Assembly: GCA_041660165.1 (NCBI GenBank)
Contig: JBAZWW010000001.1
Location: forward strand, 169,035-233,034
Origin: Patescibacteria group bacterium
Lineage (GTDB): Bacteria; Patescibacteriota; Patescibacteriia; UBA9934
DNA length: 64,000 nt
Direction: 5' to 3'
Shown: positions 38,386 to 48,143 of the stretch, in pieces
How positions within the stretch are numbered: the stretch's first letter is position 1
Layout: each line of letters starts with the position of its first letter
Position numbers and translations under genes: made by a program
The notes under the pieces: model-generated
The model's input: only the letters and a program-made list of their open reading frames with translations
Database searches by the model: none
Told to the model about the DNA's origin: nothing

Positions 38386-38463
38386 AGTATGGGTTATGAT
38401 TATTGCCGGCATAGTATCATACATTGACTAAAAGCCAAATGGCAGGCACACTTAACCCCTTCT

Positions 38464-39315
38464 ATGAAATCAGGATTCGTTGCCATCATCGGCCGGTCAA
38501 ACGTTGGGAAATCCACCCTCATGAACACCATGGTGGGCTCAAAAGTGGCTATCACTTCCCCAAAACCGCAAACCACCCGCCAGCCCGTCCAGGGCGTTAT
38601 TACGCGTCCCGAAGGCCAGATTGTCTTTGTGGATACCCCGGGTATCATGCAGAAATCCCGCGACCAGCTGACCTCTCGGCTTCTCCAGTACGCCAAGGAG
38701 TCGCTTAGGGAAGTTGATGCCATCATGTACGTGGTCGATCCGACTCGTGCAATCGGCGACGAAGAAAAACAGGCGTTCAAGTTGATTGAAAATATTCAAA
38801 AGCCAAAATTGCTGGTCATCAACAAGGTAGACGACAAATCTTCCCGCAATTTTATTGACTACTACCGGGACCTGGCCAAAAAGTTTGATGCCTACGCGGA
38901 GGTATCCGGCATGACCGGCAAAGACGTTGATACAATCGAGCGCTGGATTTTTACTATTCTCAAAGAGGGCGAGTACATGTATCCCGAGTTTCAGACCACC
39001 AACCTGTCAAATGAAGAATGGATGGCTGAACTAATCCGCGAAAAATTGTATCTCCGCCTGCGCGAGGAGGTTCCGTATTCAACTCATGTGGAAGTCGAGG
39101 AAATCGAAACCCGGAAAAACGGTAGCGTCTACGTGCGCGCCGTGATCTACACCAGCTCCGAACGTTACAAGCCCATGATCATTGGCCGGGGCGGACAAGG
39201 CATCAAGGAAATTGGCCAGTCAACGCGCAATGAGCTAGAAGCCGTCACTGGCCGGAAGCATTATCTGGAACTGGATGTTCAAGTGGATTCTCACTGGGTT
39301 GATAAACTGACGTAA
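38464..39315 (+). CDS. era: GTPase Era
   Basis: GRSNVGKST, PQTTR, DTPG, NKVD, EEVPYS, IIGRGG. Confidence 0.98.
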   Translation: MKSGFVAIIGRSNVGKSTLMNTMVGSKVAITSPKPQTTRQPVQGVITRPEGQIVFVDTPGIMQKSRDQLTSRLLQYAKESLREVDAIMYVVDPTRAIGDEEKQAFKLIENIQKPKLLVINKVDDKSSRNFIDYYRDLAKKFDAYAEVSGMTGKDVDTIERWIFTILKEGEYMYPEFQTTNLSNEEWMAELIREKLYLRLREEVPYSTHVEVEEIETRKNGSVYVRAVIYTSSERYKPMIIGRGGQGIKEIGQSTRNELEAVTGRKHYLELDVQVDSHWVDKLT

Positions 39316-40183
39316 TCGAATAGCCAAGAACCTCCTTCAGCTCGGTCAGCGAGAAGAACATTTGCGGGCCAAGGGCCCACGGCAACATGGTTACTTTGAG
39401 AATAATCGGATTATCCGGATTTGCAAGGATCGAGTAATGTGCAAACGCATTGCTGGCCTCGAGCGTCTTTACCTTTACATCTGTCCCATTCAATTGAATC
39501 ACCGCGCTCCCAAAATTTCCGGAGGCGGTGAGTTTTGTAAAATCTTTGTTCGAGGTCGGTTGCTCGGCAATCTTTCCTTGTAGTCTGTCGAGTGCCGATT
39601 TGGCCGAGTCAGAAAAATCAATCACCCCTTTCAGGGTTGAATCGAAGAGTCCGAGCTGAATGTGCGAAGCTCTGGTAGTAGCTAGCTCGTCATACTGCGC
39701 CTTTGAGAGCCACAATAAACTATTGCTCGATTCCGAGACGTCGATCTCCCCTTCCGGCCAATAGGTTGGCAAGAGAATTCTTTCGGCATTATCTAGCGAG
39801 TGTGAACTGACTACGCCTTTTTCCGACACGCCTTCAAGAACCGGTTCAGGAATTTTCACGTCCTCGCCCACGGGCGCATGCGTCATGGCATACTCCCGCG
39901 CACTCTTGCTGGCCTCCGTCTCTCGCTTCACATCCATAGCCCAGGACAACACCGCGTACTTGCCCGCCTGGTGCTCTTCAACCGTGACGTGCTTCACCAG
40001 AGGCGCACCGCCTATACCCCAAGCCGAAATTCCCTGTGACAGATCAAACGAACTACCAAGAGGCAGATCAAGCGCCTCGGCCTCATATTCAACCGCCTGT
40101 TTGCCAAACGGAAGCGCCACACAGCCGGCGCCGAGAAAAAGCAAGATCGAGACCGCCATGGCTATTCGGTGCTGTCCTGGCAT
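39245..40183 (-). CDS. Putative lipoprotein
   Basis: LFLGAGC lipobox; 3' end overlaps era by 71 bp. Confidence 0.75.
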   Translation of the reverse strand: MPGQHRIAMAVSILLFLGAGCVALPFGKQAVEYEAEALDLPLGSSFDLSQGISAWGIGGAPLVKHVTVEEHQAGKYAVLSWAMDVKRETEASKSAREYAMTHAPVGEDVKIPEPVLEGVSEKGVVSSHSLDNAERILLPTYWPEGEIDVSESSNSLLWLSKAQYDELATTRASHIQLGLFDSTLKGVIDFSDSAKSALDRLQGKIAEQPTSNKDFTKLTASGNFGSAVIQLNGTDVKVKTLEASNAFAHYSILANPDNPIILKVTMLPWALGPQMFFSLTELKEVLGYSITSVYQPSENPLEHPVPDNASGQ

Positions 40184-40189
40184 AGTGCG

Positions 40190-40459
40190 CTATGATCCCA
40201 CCTTCTCTCCCTTCGCCCACGCAATAAGTTTTGCTTTGCTGGCCGACCCGCACAAAAACTCATCTGTTTCTGTGTTATAGAAATATGGCACGCCTCCGCA
40301 CCGGCTCTTATCTACGTCTTCCATTTTTTTCAAATTTTCCTCATCATTCCAAACCTCAAATTTCTCAACGGTGACGCCGAGTTCTTTCTCAACCTCCGCT
40401 ACAAGCGGTTTCATAGTGATGCAATGCGGGCACGTTTCACCGAAATATTCTTGGAGCAT
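40190..40459 (-). CDS. Small thioredoxin/glutaredoxin-like protein
   Basis: CPHC motif, CGGVPYF, LCG. Confidence 0.88.
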   Translation of the reverse strand: MLQEYFGETCPHCITMKPLVAEVEKELGVTVEKFEVWNDEENLKKMEDVDKSRCGGVPYFYNTETDEFLCGSASKAKLIAWAKGEKVGS

Positions 40460-40466
40460 AGAGCAT

Positions 40467-40536
40467 TGTCATCTCGAGCTTAGCGAGAGATCTGAATTGG
40501 CCGACCAATCAGATCTCTCCTTACGTCGGGATGACA
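40467..40536. repeat. Full palindromic element, family A
   Basis: TGTCATCTCGAGCTTAGCGAGAGATCTGA...TCAGATCTCTCCTTACGTCGGGATGACA. Confidence 0.85.
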
Positions 40537-40680
40537 CAATAATTATGACAACTCGATTTTACCACGCCTCACGGGAATAAACCCGTCATCCACAAGTCCG
40601 TCGAGGATTTCGTTTAATTGTTCGGGATCCGGAAGTGAAATTTCCTATTTAATGGTATTGCGTCGTAAAACGTTCACCGC

Positions 40681-40708
40681 CCTGACACCTGAAACCTGAC
40701 ACCTGATT
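40681..40708. repeat. 7-bp tandem repeat CCTGANN x4
   Basis: CCTGACA CCTGAAA CCTGACA CCTGATT. Confidence 0.75.
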
Positions 40709-40733
40709 TCCCTCGTGTTACGATCACAGACGT

Positions 40734-41297
40734 ATGCGTCGTTTCATCATCCCCGCCATCATCTTTGTCCTCAGCCTGGGGCTTTTAGTGTTTGCTCGAC
40801 TAAATGCTCCTGAACAAACAAGTGCTCGACTATTTAATATGACCGCCAATCATGGTTTGCTGGCGGTCGAAAATCCCTCACGCCGAGTCATTCACAGAGG
40901 TGAAGATCTCAAAACCGATACAAATGAATGGCGAGCATATAAGATCAGCGTAAACGGAGTCGATACTTTACTTTGGCTCGATGAAAACACGATTCTCACC
41001 TTAGAAGATTCGTCCGGTCCAATGCCAAAATTCGCCTTACGACAAGGACGAGTAGTCGTTCAAAATTCGGCGAGCATAATGGTTCGAAACACTGAAATAA
41101 AAAATTCCGGCACGGTTTCCCTGGTCTTTTATTCATGGCTCGACAAACTCGATGTTGCTTATCTCGAAACCAGCGAGAGCTACACACTCGACACCCTCCA
41201 TCCCGAAACTTCACACGTTGAAACGACATTCAATCCATTCGCGTCTTCTGCGAGTGATTTCTATAAATGGGCGCTCGGTACTCAGTTTCCTAACTAG
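40734..41297 (+). CDS. Hypothetical membrane-anchored protein, weak FecR-like signal
   Basis: N-terminal TM; GEDLKTD...LWLDENTIL...LRQGRV pattern. Confidence 0.65.
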   Translation: MRRFIIPAIIFVLSLGLLVFARLNAPEQTSARLFNMTANHGLLAVENPSRRVIHRGEDLKTDTNEWRAYKISVNGVDTLLWLDENTILTLEDSSGPMPKFALRQGRVVVQNSASIMVRNTEIKNSGTVSLVFYSWLDKLDVAYLETSESYTLDTLHPETSHVETTFNPFASSASDFYKWALGTQFPN

Positions 41298-42637
41298 AGC
41301 TCGAAAATTTCGTTCAGTCTCGGTACGATCACTTCTGCGTTTGAAGACTTGGCCAGGTATTCTTTGAACAATTCTTTCGCGTGCATTTCCCCGTGAACGA
41401 GGAATACTTTTTTAATCGTCCCGGATTTTGCCTGGAGCCAGCGCGCCAATTTCGCTCGGTCGCCATGAGCAGAAAAGGATTCAATCTCGCCAACTTCTGC
41501 GTGAACAGCAATTTCTTCGCCGTAGATTTTCACGCTCGGCACCTTTTCCATGATCTTTCGGCCGAGTGTTCCCGGCGCTTGAAAACCAATAACGAGCAAA
41601 CCCGATTTCTCATCAGGCAGGTATCGGCTCAAATGGTGAAGCACGCGCCCGCCCGTCATCATGCCGTTTCCCGCAATGATAATCTTCGGCCGGTGATCCT
41701 CGTTAATAGCCTTCGATTGATCAACGGCCAGAGTGGTCTTCAGTCCAGGAAAATGATAAAAATCCTTCCCCGCCATAGCGGGATGGTCGAGCAACAAGTA
41801 CTCCGGAAATTTTCGATAAATATCCGTGGCGCGAATGGCCAACGGACTATCCAGGTAGATCGGAACTTGCGGGATCTCCTTCGCCGTAATTAAATTGTCG
41901 AGCTCGTAAAGAAGCTCCTGCGTGCGCTCGACGGAAAAAGCAGGAATAATAAGCGTCCCTTGGCGCCCGATGATTTTCTTTACGAAGTCTGCCAAGTGCC
42001 CAGCTCGAGCTCGCGTGGGTTCATGGTCCCGATCTCCGTACGTGGTTTCACACACCACGTAATCAGCGTGGTGAAGCAACTCCGTCTCGCCAAGGATGGG
42101 CGTGTCATCATTGCCGATATCGCCCGAAAACACCGTGCGCTTTCCTTCGCAATCAACAGAAATAAAGGCCGAGCCAAGAATGTGACCGGCATCATGGAAC
42201 ATAACCGTCACCCCAGGCGCGGGAGAAAATTCCGTGTGGTATCCGATCCCCTGTACCAGCCCCATGGCCTTATCTTTGTCAATCTTCCCATACGGAACAG
42301 GGTCTCCACAGCGCTTGGCGTTCTCCGTCATGATGTTCAGCGAGTCATCAAGAATGATGTTCGCCAAATCTTTGGTGGGCGGAGTCATATAAATCGGACC
42401 ACCATACCCAAGATTCACGAGCTCAGGGAGACGGCCGACGTGATCAAAGTGCGCGTGCGTCACAAGCACGGCCGTGAGCGTCTTTGGCTCAAACGAAAAC
42501 GGATCCAGGCTCCGGAGCATGCACATGCGCTCCCCCTGTTTCATTCCGCAATCAATCAGGATTTTCGCCTCGCCCGTTTCCAGCAAGAAACATGACCCCG
42601 TCACTTCTTCTGTGGCGCCGTGAAAAGAAAGACGCAT
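41294..42637 (-). CDS. MBL-fold beta-CASP ribonuclease
   Basis: EVTGSC, THAHFDHVG, AGHILGS, PAFSVERTQE, FSAHGD, LVHGE. Confidence 0.93.
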   Translation of the reverse strand: MRLSFHGATEEVTGSCFLLETGEAKILIDCGMKQGERMCMLRSLDPFSFEPKTLTAVLVTHAHFDHVGRLPELVNLGYGGPIYMTPPTKDLANIILDDSLNIMTENAKRCGDPVPYGKIDKDKAMGLVQGIGYHTEFSPAPGVTVMFHDAGHILGSAFISVDCEGKRTVFSGDIGNDDTPILGETELLHHADYVVCETTYGDRDHEPTRARAGHLADFVKKIIGRQGTLIIPAFSVERTQELLYELDNLITAKEIPQVPIYLDSPLAIRATDIYRKFPEYLLLDHPAMAGKDFYHFPGLKTTLAVDQSKAINEDHRPKIIIAGNGMMTGGRVLHHLSRYLPDEKSGLLVIGFQAPGTLGRKIMEKVPSVKIYGEEIAVHAEVGEIESFSAHGDRAKLARWLQAKSGTIKKVFLVHGEMHAKELFKEYLAKSSNAEVIVPRLNEIFEL

Positions 42638-42640
42638 ACG

Positions 42641-42871
42641 CTAACCCTGCGCTTCCAGCCGTTTCATGTACTCGGCAAAACGCGCCTTCAGTACGTCAGC
42701 GTGTGCATCAAGCCCCTGATCATCATGAAGCTCACCGATTTCACGGTGTTCTTCAATCACCTCGTCAACAAGGTCAAAGTACGCCGACTCTTCATTGATC
42801 CCCTGCTCAACCCCGGCCGAAACAACTTCCTCAAACAAGTCCTCAAGTGAAAAGATGATATTTTCCGTCAT
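42641..42871 (-). CDS. Small acidic hypothetical protein
   Basis: 76 aa, E/D-rich; TATACT upstream; stop 3 nt before the next start. Confidence 0.75.
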   Translation of the reverse strand: MTENIIFSLEDLFEEVVSAGVEQGINEESAYFDLVDEVIEEHREIGELHDDQGLDAHADVLKARFAEYMKRLEAQG

Positions 42872-42952
42872 AGATACGGAAAGTATATACTAGGACGCAT
42901 CAGAGAACGAGGACAGAGCGGGGATAGTCCTCTCGTTGACGCAGATGACCAT

Positions 42953-42990
42953 ATTATATAAGATACTTATATAATAAGAGTCTTATATAT
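42953..42990. promoter_or_regulatory. Doubled ATAAG-N3-CTTAT palindromic site upstream of marR
   Basis: ATTATATAAGATACTTATATAATAAGAGTCTTATATAT. Confidence 0.65.
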
Positions 42991-43038
42991 TCCTCCCTCT
43001 AAGTATCTCCTTTCGTTATTCTCCTTATTCCCTTCTCT

Positions 43039-43476
43039 ATGGCTCCTCCCCTCGAACGATCAAAAGTTCTCGAACAACTCTTTGAGGACTTCGCCATCAT
43101 CAAGCGCAAGTTCTCACGCGAGAGTCCAACGCACGCCCATCTTCTCGCTCACTCGCAGTGGATTGCGCTCGGAATTATCTTCAAGCAAGGCCCGCTGACG
43201 ATTAAGGCGCTGACCAAAGAACTGAACGTCAGCCAAAGTGCCGCTACGCAGGTGGTAGATTCGCTGGTAGAGAAAAAATTGGTGACGCGAATTGAAAACA
43301 AGAAAGACCGCCGAAGCGTGAGTATCATCCTCGCGCCAAGTGCGCGGGCTATGGCCGTCAAGATGAAACAGCGCATCATCAAGAATCTCACGGAAGTTTT
43401 TTCTCCTCTCTCTGATGAGGAGTTCAAAACATACGCCAAGCTTCACCGAAGAATCGCCGAAAATATCAAACCGTAG
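43039..43476 (+). CDS. MarR family transcriptional regulator
   Basis: wHTH SQSAATQVVDSLVEKKLVTR...DRRSV. Confidence 0.93.
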   Translation: MAPPLERSKVLEQLFEDFAIIKRKFSRESPTHAHLLAHSQWIALGIIFKQGPLTIKALTKELNVSQSAATQVVDSLVEKKLVTRIENKKDRRSVSIILAPSARAMAVKMKQRIIKNLTEVFSPLSDEEFKTYAKLHRRIAENIKP

Positions 43477-43479
43477 CGT

Positions 43480-45213
43480 ATGAAGTTTCCTCTTTCTAAG
43501 AAATGGATAATGTTCCTGACCGGCCTCGTCCTTGTCATTCTTGCTGTTGGATACTTTGCCACCCGCAGTTCCGGAAAAGAAATCTACGTTACAGACGCCG
43601 TCAAGCGCGCGGATATCAAAAAAACTGTTGACATTACCGGCTCCCTCTCTCCCCTCTCGCATGCAGATTTGAGTTTTCAGTCAAACGGCAACGTGGCCGG
43701 TATTTTTGTGTCCGTAGGCCAGCTAGTAAAAAGGGGCCAGCCGTTAGCCAGTCTGTCCGCTTCTGATCTCTCGGCCGACGCCAGACGCGCGCAGGCTGAC
43801 CTTGATCTTGCCCTGGCCAGTCCTAAACCGGAGGATATTGCCTCTGCAAAGGCGGACGTTACGAGCGCTGACGTAGCCGTACGCAATGCGGAGACTGCGC
43901 TTTCCATCACAAAGACAGTGAATACCGTAGACCTCAAAAATGCGGATGATGCCGTTATCAAAGCAAAAGAAGACCAGGCAACATCGCTTGCAGATACATT
44001 GCGTGCTGTCACGACCGCCCTCCAGACGGGAGTCATTCAAATCCGTACAGGGCTTTCAAAGGCAGACCAGTTGCTCGGTATTGAAAATACGCTATTCAAT
44101 GATGATTTTGAACGGGAATTCAGCGCGGAAAATCCCCAAGCACTTCAGAGCGCAAAGGATGCCTTCGCTAAAGCCGTGGTTGATCGGAATCTGGCGGAAA
44201 CCGCCGTGGTAGCGTCATCCAGCACTGCGATTGCGCTGACCACGCGCGCGCTGGAAGAAACGTCTGACACGCTCCTGTATACCCGGCAGGCGCTTGATGC
44301 CACGGCCGCAGACTCCCAAGCTCTCTCGCTCGACGATATCGTAGCCTATAAAACAACCATTGACACCGCGCGCACAAATGTAGAATCCGCCCGCTCGGCT
44401 CTCTCTACAGCTGTAGATGCACAAACTGCGGAGACAACCGCATCCGCCCACACGGTGCTCACCGCAGAATTAAACGCAGAGAGCGCGCAAGCAAATGCAA
44501 ACAAAGCCGAGGCGAGCGCCAACGCCAACGTGCTCACCACAAAAGCCGAGCTTCAGAAGGCCAACTCAGCCTATGAGAAGGTCATAGCTCCCCCGCGTAA
44601 CGTAGACATTGCTCCGTATCTTGCGTCCCGCGACGGCGCAACAGCCCGCTACCTGAAAACCGAAATCGTCTCGCCCATTGACGGAAAAATTGGCAAAGTG
44701 GATGTGAAGCTTGGCGAGGCCGTCACTACCGGCACCGCCGTCATCTCTGTTGAGCCAACGTCCGCTACCGCCTACGAAGTGGCGGTTGATGTTCCGGAAA
44801 GCGATGTGGCGCATCTGGCGCTTGGCGATACCGCAACTATTACCTTTGACGCCTTTGGCGCCGATGTAGTCTTCACCGGGTCTCTCTCATCGCTTGATCG
44901 TTCTGAAAAATTGATTGAAGGCGTGGTTTTTTATCAGGCAAAAATTGCCGTGACCGATGGCCCGCGCCTGAATGACCTCAGAAACGGCATGTCCGCGGAC
45001 GTCACGGTACTTACTGATTCAAAATCGAATGTCCTCACTGTCCCCACCAGATCAATCCTTGAAATCAACGGCCAAAAACTTGTTCGCATACTTGTCAACG
45101 ATGCAATTCAAGAGAAACCCGTTGTCGTTGGCTTGCGCGGAGATAACAGCATCTCGGAAATCCTCTCCGGCCTGGCGGAGGGAGACGTGGTGGTTGTCAG
45201 CATCAAAAAATAA
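43480..45213 (+). CDS. Efflux periplasmic adaptor (HlyD/MacA-like) with long coiled coil
   Basis: V.VGQ.VK.GQPLA, IVSPIDG, VPESDV, LRNGMSADV, SGLAEGDVVV. Confidence 0.88.
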   Translation: MKFPLSKKWIMFLTGLVLVILAVGYFATRSSGKEIYVTDAVKRADIKKTVDITGSLSPLSHADLSFQSNGNVAGIFVSVGQLVKRGQPLASLSASDLSADARRAQADLDLALASPKPEDIASAKADVTSADVAVRNAETALSITKTVNTVDLKNADDAVIKAKEDQATSLADTLRAVTTALQTGVIQIRTGLSKADQLLGIENTLFNDDFEREFSAENPQALQSAKDAFAKAVVDRNLAETAVVASSSTAIALTTRALEETSDTLLYTRQALDATAADSQALSLDDIVAYKTTIDTARTNVESARSALSTAVDAQTAETTASAHTVLTAELNAESAQANANKAEASANANVLTTKAELQKANSAYEKVIAPPRNVDIAPYLASRDGATARYLKTEIVSPIDGKIGKVDVKLGEAVTTGTAVISVEPTSATAYEVAVDVPESDVAHLALGDTATITFDAFGADVVFTGSLSSLDRSEKLIEGVVFYQAKIAVTDGPRLNDLRNGMSADVTVLTDSKSNVLTVPTRSILEINGQKLVRILVNDAIQEKPVVVGLRGDNSISEILSGLAEGDVVVVSIKK

Positions 45214-45214
45214 T

Positions 45215-45904
45215 GTGGCCCCGCACCTCATTCAACTCAAAAACATTTCCAAGGAGTACGTGAACGGAGACGTGATCACGCCCGTCCTTCATAACATCAA
45301 CCTGCTCATCGAGCGGGGCGAATTTGTGGCGCTCATGGGGCCGTCCGGAAGCGGAAAATCCACACTCATGCATATTCTGGGATTTCTTGATCAGCCCACC
45401 ACGGGCAAATACGTGTTCAACGGAGAGAACGTGGCCGAAGCCGATGCACACGCCCTAGCCAAACGCCGACTCAAGGACGTGGGTTTCGTTTTTCAAGCCT
45501 TTCATCTCCTCCCCCATGCCACCGTCCTTGAGAATGTAATGTTGCCCCTGGTGTATCAAGGCGTGAGCAATGGCGAGCGCAAACGCGTGGCTATGAAAGC
45601 GCTTGAAGCCGTTGGGCTAGGCGATCGCGCGTCCCACTTGCCCAACCATATCAGCGGAGGCCAGCGCCAGCGCGTGGCGATTGCGCGCGCCCTTGTGAAT
45701 GATCCCTCGGTGATCTTTGCTGACGAGCCTACAGGAAACCTTGACTCAAAATCTTCCGAGCAAGTCATGGAAATCCTCGAAAAACTGCATAAGGATGGCC
45801 GAACAATTGTCATGGTTACCCATGAGCATGACGTGGCCGAACACGCGAAACGCATTCTCCAAATGAAAGACGGGGTCATTCTCAAGGACTCGAAACATCT
45901 ATGA
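45215..45904 (+). CDS. ABC transporter ATP-binding protein (MacB/LolD-like)
   Basis: GPSGSGKST, ISGGQRQRVAIARAL, ADEPTGNLD, VTHE; GTG right after the adaptor stop. Confidence 0.95.
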   Translation: MAPHLIQLKNISKEYVNGDVITPVLHNINLLIERGEFVALMGPSGSGKSTLMHILGFLDQPTTGKYVFNGENVAEADAHALAKRRLKDVGFVFQAFHLLPHATVLENVMLPLVYQGVSNGERKRVAMKALEAVGLGDRASHLPNHISGGQRQRVAIARALVNDPSVIFADEPTGNLDSKSSEQVMEILEKLHKDGRTIVMVTHEHDVAEHAKRILQMKDGVILKDSKHL

Positions 45905-47133
45905 ACCTCCGCGATCTCACGGGTTCTGCCACCACGTCCCTCATCCAAAATAAGTCGAGGTCTGTTTTAACGATCCTTGGCATTGTCATTGGTATTGCCG
46001 CCGTCATCCTCATGCTCTCCATTGGCCAAGGCGCCCAAGCACTCATCTTGAACCAGGTGGCGAGTTTGGGATCAGACCAGATATTTATTGCCCCAGGCGC
46101 TAGCGAAACCTCTGGCGGTCCGCCAACCCCATTTGTAAAGCAGTCACTTAAATATAACGACGTCAAAGAGCTTCGCAAGCGAGGCCCGTTTAGCTTTGTG
46201 GCTGCCCAGCTCATTTCTACGGGGACGGTAGAAAGTGCGGATGCCAGCAAGGTGTCATCAATCGTTGGCGCTGATGAATTTCAACTCCTGGTGTTCCCGG
46301 CTGAGGTTGCGTCAGGGCGCTTCCTTGATAACACCGACGTAACAGACTACGCCAAGGTGGCGGTGATTGGCATAGACATTGCCTCAGATCTTTTTGGAGA
46401 CTCAGATCCCATCAACCAAAAAATTACGATCAACAAAGTAAACCTCCGCGTCATTGGCGTCATGGAAAGACAGGGTTCCCGGTTCTTCCAAAATGTGGAT
46501 GGCTATGTGTACCTGCCCGTCACCACCGCGCAACGCGACGTGCTGGGAGTGGACTACATTTCTTACATTGCCGCCCGCGCTACGGGAGACCTGGTGTACG
46601 CCAAAGAGGAGGCAACGATGATCATGCGGGACCAGCACGATATTAACAATCCCCAAAATGACCTCTCAAAAGATGACTTTCACATCCAGAGCCAGGAAGA
46701 CGCGGTGGCCACCATTGGCATAGTTGGGACCGCGCTCAGCGTGCTTTTGGCATCTATCGCTGCTATCTCGCTCTTGGTTGGCGGAATCGGCATCATGAAC
46801 ATCATGCTCGTGTCTGTAACTGAACGCACCAAAGAAATCGGTCTGCGAAAAGCTATTGGCGCAACCGAGCAAGAAATCCTCCGCCAGTTCCTGCTCGAAG
46901 CCGTCATCCTCACCTCATTCGGCGGAGTGGTGGGCGTCCTTCTTGGCGTGACAGCCTCCTATCTCATCGCTTTCGGCGCCTCGTACTTCGTAGCGGGCTG
47001 GCGCGTGATTATCCCGCCATCTGCGATTGTTGCCTCCGTCCTTGTCTCTACCGCCGTCGGCCTCGGCTTCGGCTACTATCCAGCGCGTCGAGCAGCTAAA
47101 CTGGATCCGATTGAGGCGCTCAGATATGAATAA
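45901..47133 (+). CDS. ABC transporter permease (MacB/FtsX family)
   Basis: RSVLTILGIVIG, GGIGIMNIMLVSVTERTKEIGLRKAIGA, DPIEALRYE. Confidence 0.95.
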   Translation: MNLRDLTGSATTSLIQNKSRSVLTILGIVIGIAAVILMLSIGQGAQALILNQVASLGSDQIFIAPGASETSGGPPTPFVKQSLKYNDVKELRKRGPFSFVAAQLISTGTVESADASKVSSIVGADEFQLLVFPAEVASGRFLDNTDVTDYAKVAVIGIDIASDLFGDSDPINQKITINKVNLRVIGVMERQGSRFFQNVDGYVYLPVTTAQRDVLGVDYISYIAARATGDLVYAKEEATMIMRDQHDINNPQNDLSKDDFHIQSQEDAVATIGIVGTALSVLLASIAAISLLVGGIGIMNIMLVSVTERTKEIGLRKAIGATEQEILRQFLLEAVILTSFGGVVGVLLGVTASYLIAFGASYFVAGWRVIIPPSAIVASVLVSTAVGLGFGYYPARRAAKLDPIEALRYE

Positions 47134-47143
47134 TCTTCGAAAT

Positions 47144-47176
47144 TTATATAAGTATCTAATATAATAAGAGACTTGT
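47144..47176. promoter_or_regulatory. Degenerate doubled ATAAG-N3-CTTAT site, direct repeat of 42953-42990
   Basis: TTATATAAGTATCTAATATAATAAGAGACTTGT. Confidence 0.6.
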
Positions 47177-47181
47177 CTATT

Positions 47182-48141
47182 ATGGATCTCGATTGGAAAT
47201 CCCTCCCCCGCCCGATTATCGCCCTTTCCCCCATGGCTGACATGACGGACTCGGCTTTTTGCCGTTTGGTGAAAAAACTCAGTGGAGTTGACGCACCGGT
47301 TGTGTTTCGCGAGATGGTGTCGAGCGAGGCCGTAGTTCGCGGGAACGAAAAAACCCTCGGCATGACTGCCATTCATCCCGACGAGAGACCGCTCGTTCAA
47401 CAAATCTTCGGTTCAGATCCCTCAACGATGGCGGAAGCCGGTAGAATTATCGAGGCCGAGCATCACCCCGAAGGCTTTGATATCAACATGGGCTGTCCCG
47501 TGTACAAAATCGTCCACAATTTTAACGGCGCAGCGCTCATGAAGGATCCCGCCCTAGCCGGCCGAATTATCGAAGCAATGAAAAAGGCCATCACCGTTCC
47601 CCTCTCCGTGAAAATCCGCCTTGGCTGGTCAGACCCCCGCGAGTGCCTCGAGTTCGTAAAAGTACTCGAAGAAGCTGGCGCTGATCTCATCACCATTCAT
47701 GGTCGAACAAAAACCCAAGGTTACTCCGGCGTGGCTGACTGGGCCATGGTTGGCGAGGCAAAAAAACAAGTGAAGATTCCCGTGCTTTGTAACGGCGACG
47801 TTCATACCGCCGAACGGATCGTCGAGGCTCTTAAAGTGTCCGGCGCTGACGGCGTCCTAATCGCTCGTGGCGCCCTTGGCAACCCCTGGATCTTCCGCGA
47901 CTACGCCCTGCTGGCCAGGGGCGAGACTCCGCCCGTCATCACACTCGAAGAACGCATCAGAATAGTGAAACGGCACCTCGACCTACATCTCGAAGAGTAC
48001 GGCGACCACGGTGTCCACACCTTCCGCAAGCATCTCTCTTGGTACTTCAAAGGTCTTCCTGGCGCCAAGGCATATAGAGACCCCATGATGCGGGCTAATA
48101 CAAAGGACGAGCTGCTGAAAATATTAAATGAGGTAAAATAA
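47182..48141 (+). CDS. dusB: tRNA-dihydrouridine synthase (DusB-like)
   Basis: LSPMA, DINMGCP, SVKIRLG, IHGRT, NGDV, ARGALGNPW, RKHLSWY. Confidence 0.93.
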   Translation: MDLDWKSLPRPIIALSPMADMTDSAFCRLVKKLSGVDAPVVFREMVSSEAVVRGNEKTLGMTAIHPDERPLVQQIFGSDPSTMAEAGRIIEAEHHPEGFDINMGCPVYKIVHNFNGAALMKDPALAGRIIEAMKKAITVPLSVKIRLGWSDPRECLEFVKVLEEAGADLITIHGRTKTQGYSGVADWAMVGEAKKQVKIPVLCNGDVHTAERIVEALKVSGADGVLIARGALGNPWIFRDYALLARGETPPVITLEERIRIVKRHLDLHLEEYGDHGVHTFRKHLSWYFKGLPGAKAYRDPMMRANTKDELLKILNEVK

Positions 48142-48143
48142 GG

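Noticed and set aside
39245-39315. 71-bp convergent overlap of era and a lipoprotein gene as an antisense system
   Set aside because: Short tail-to-tail overlaps are common in compact genomes; no further supporting signal.
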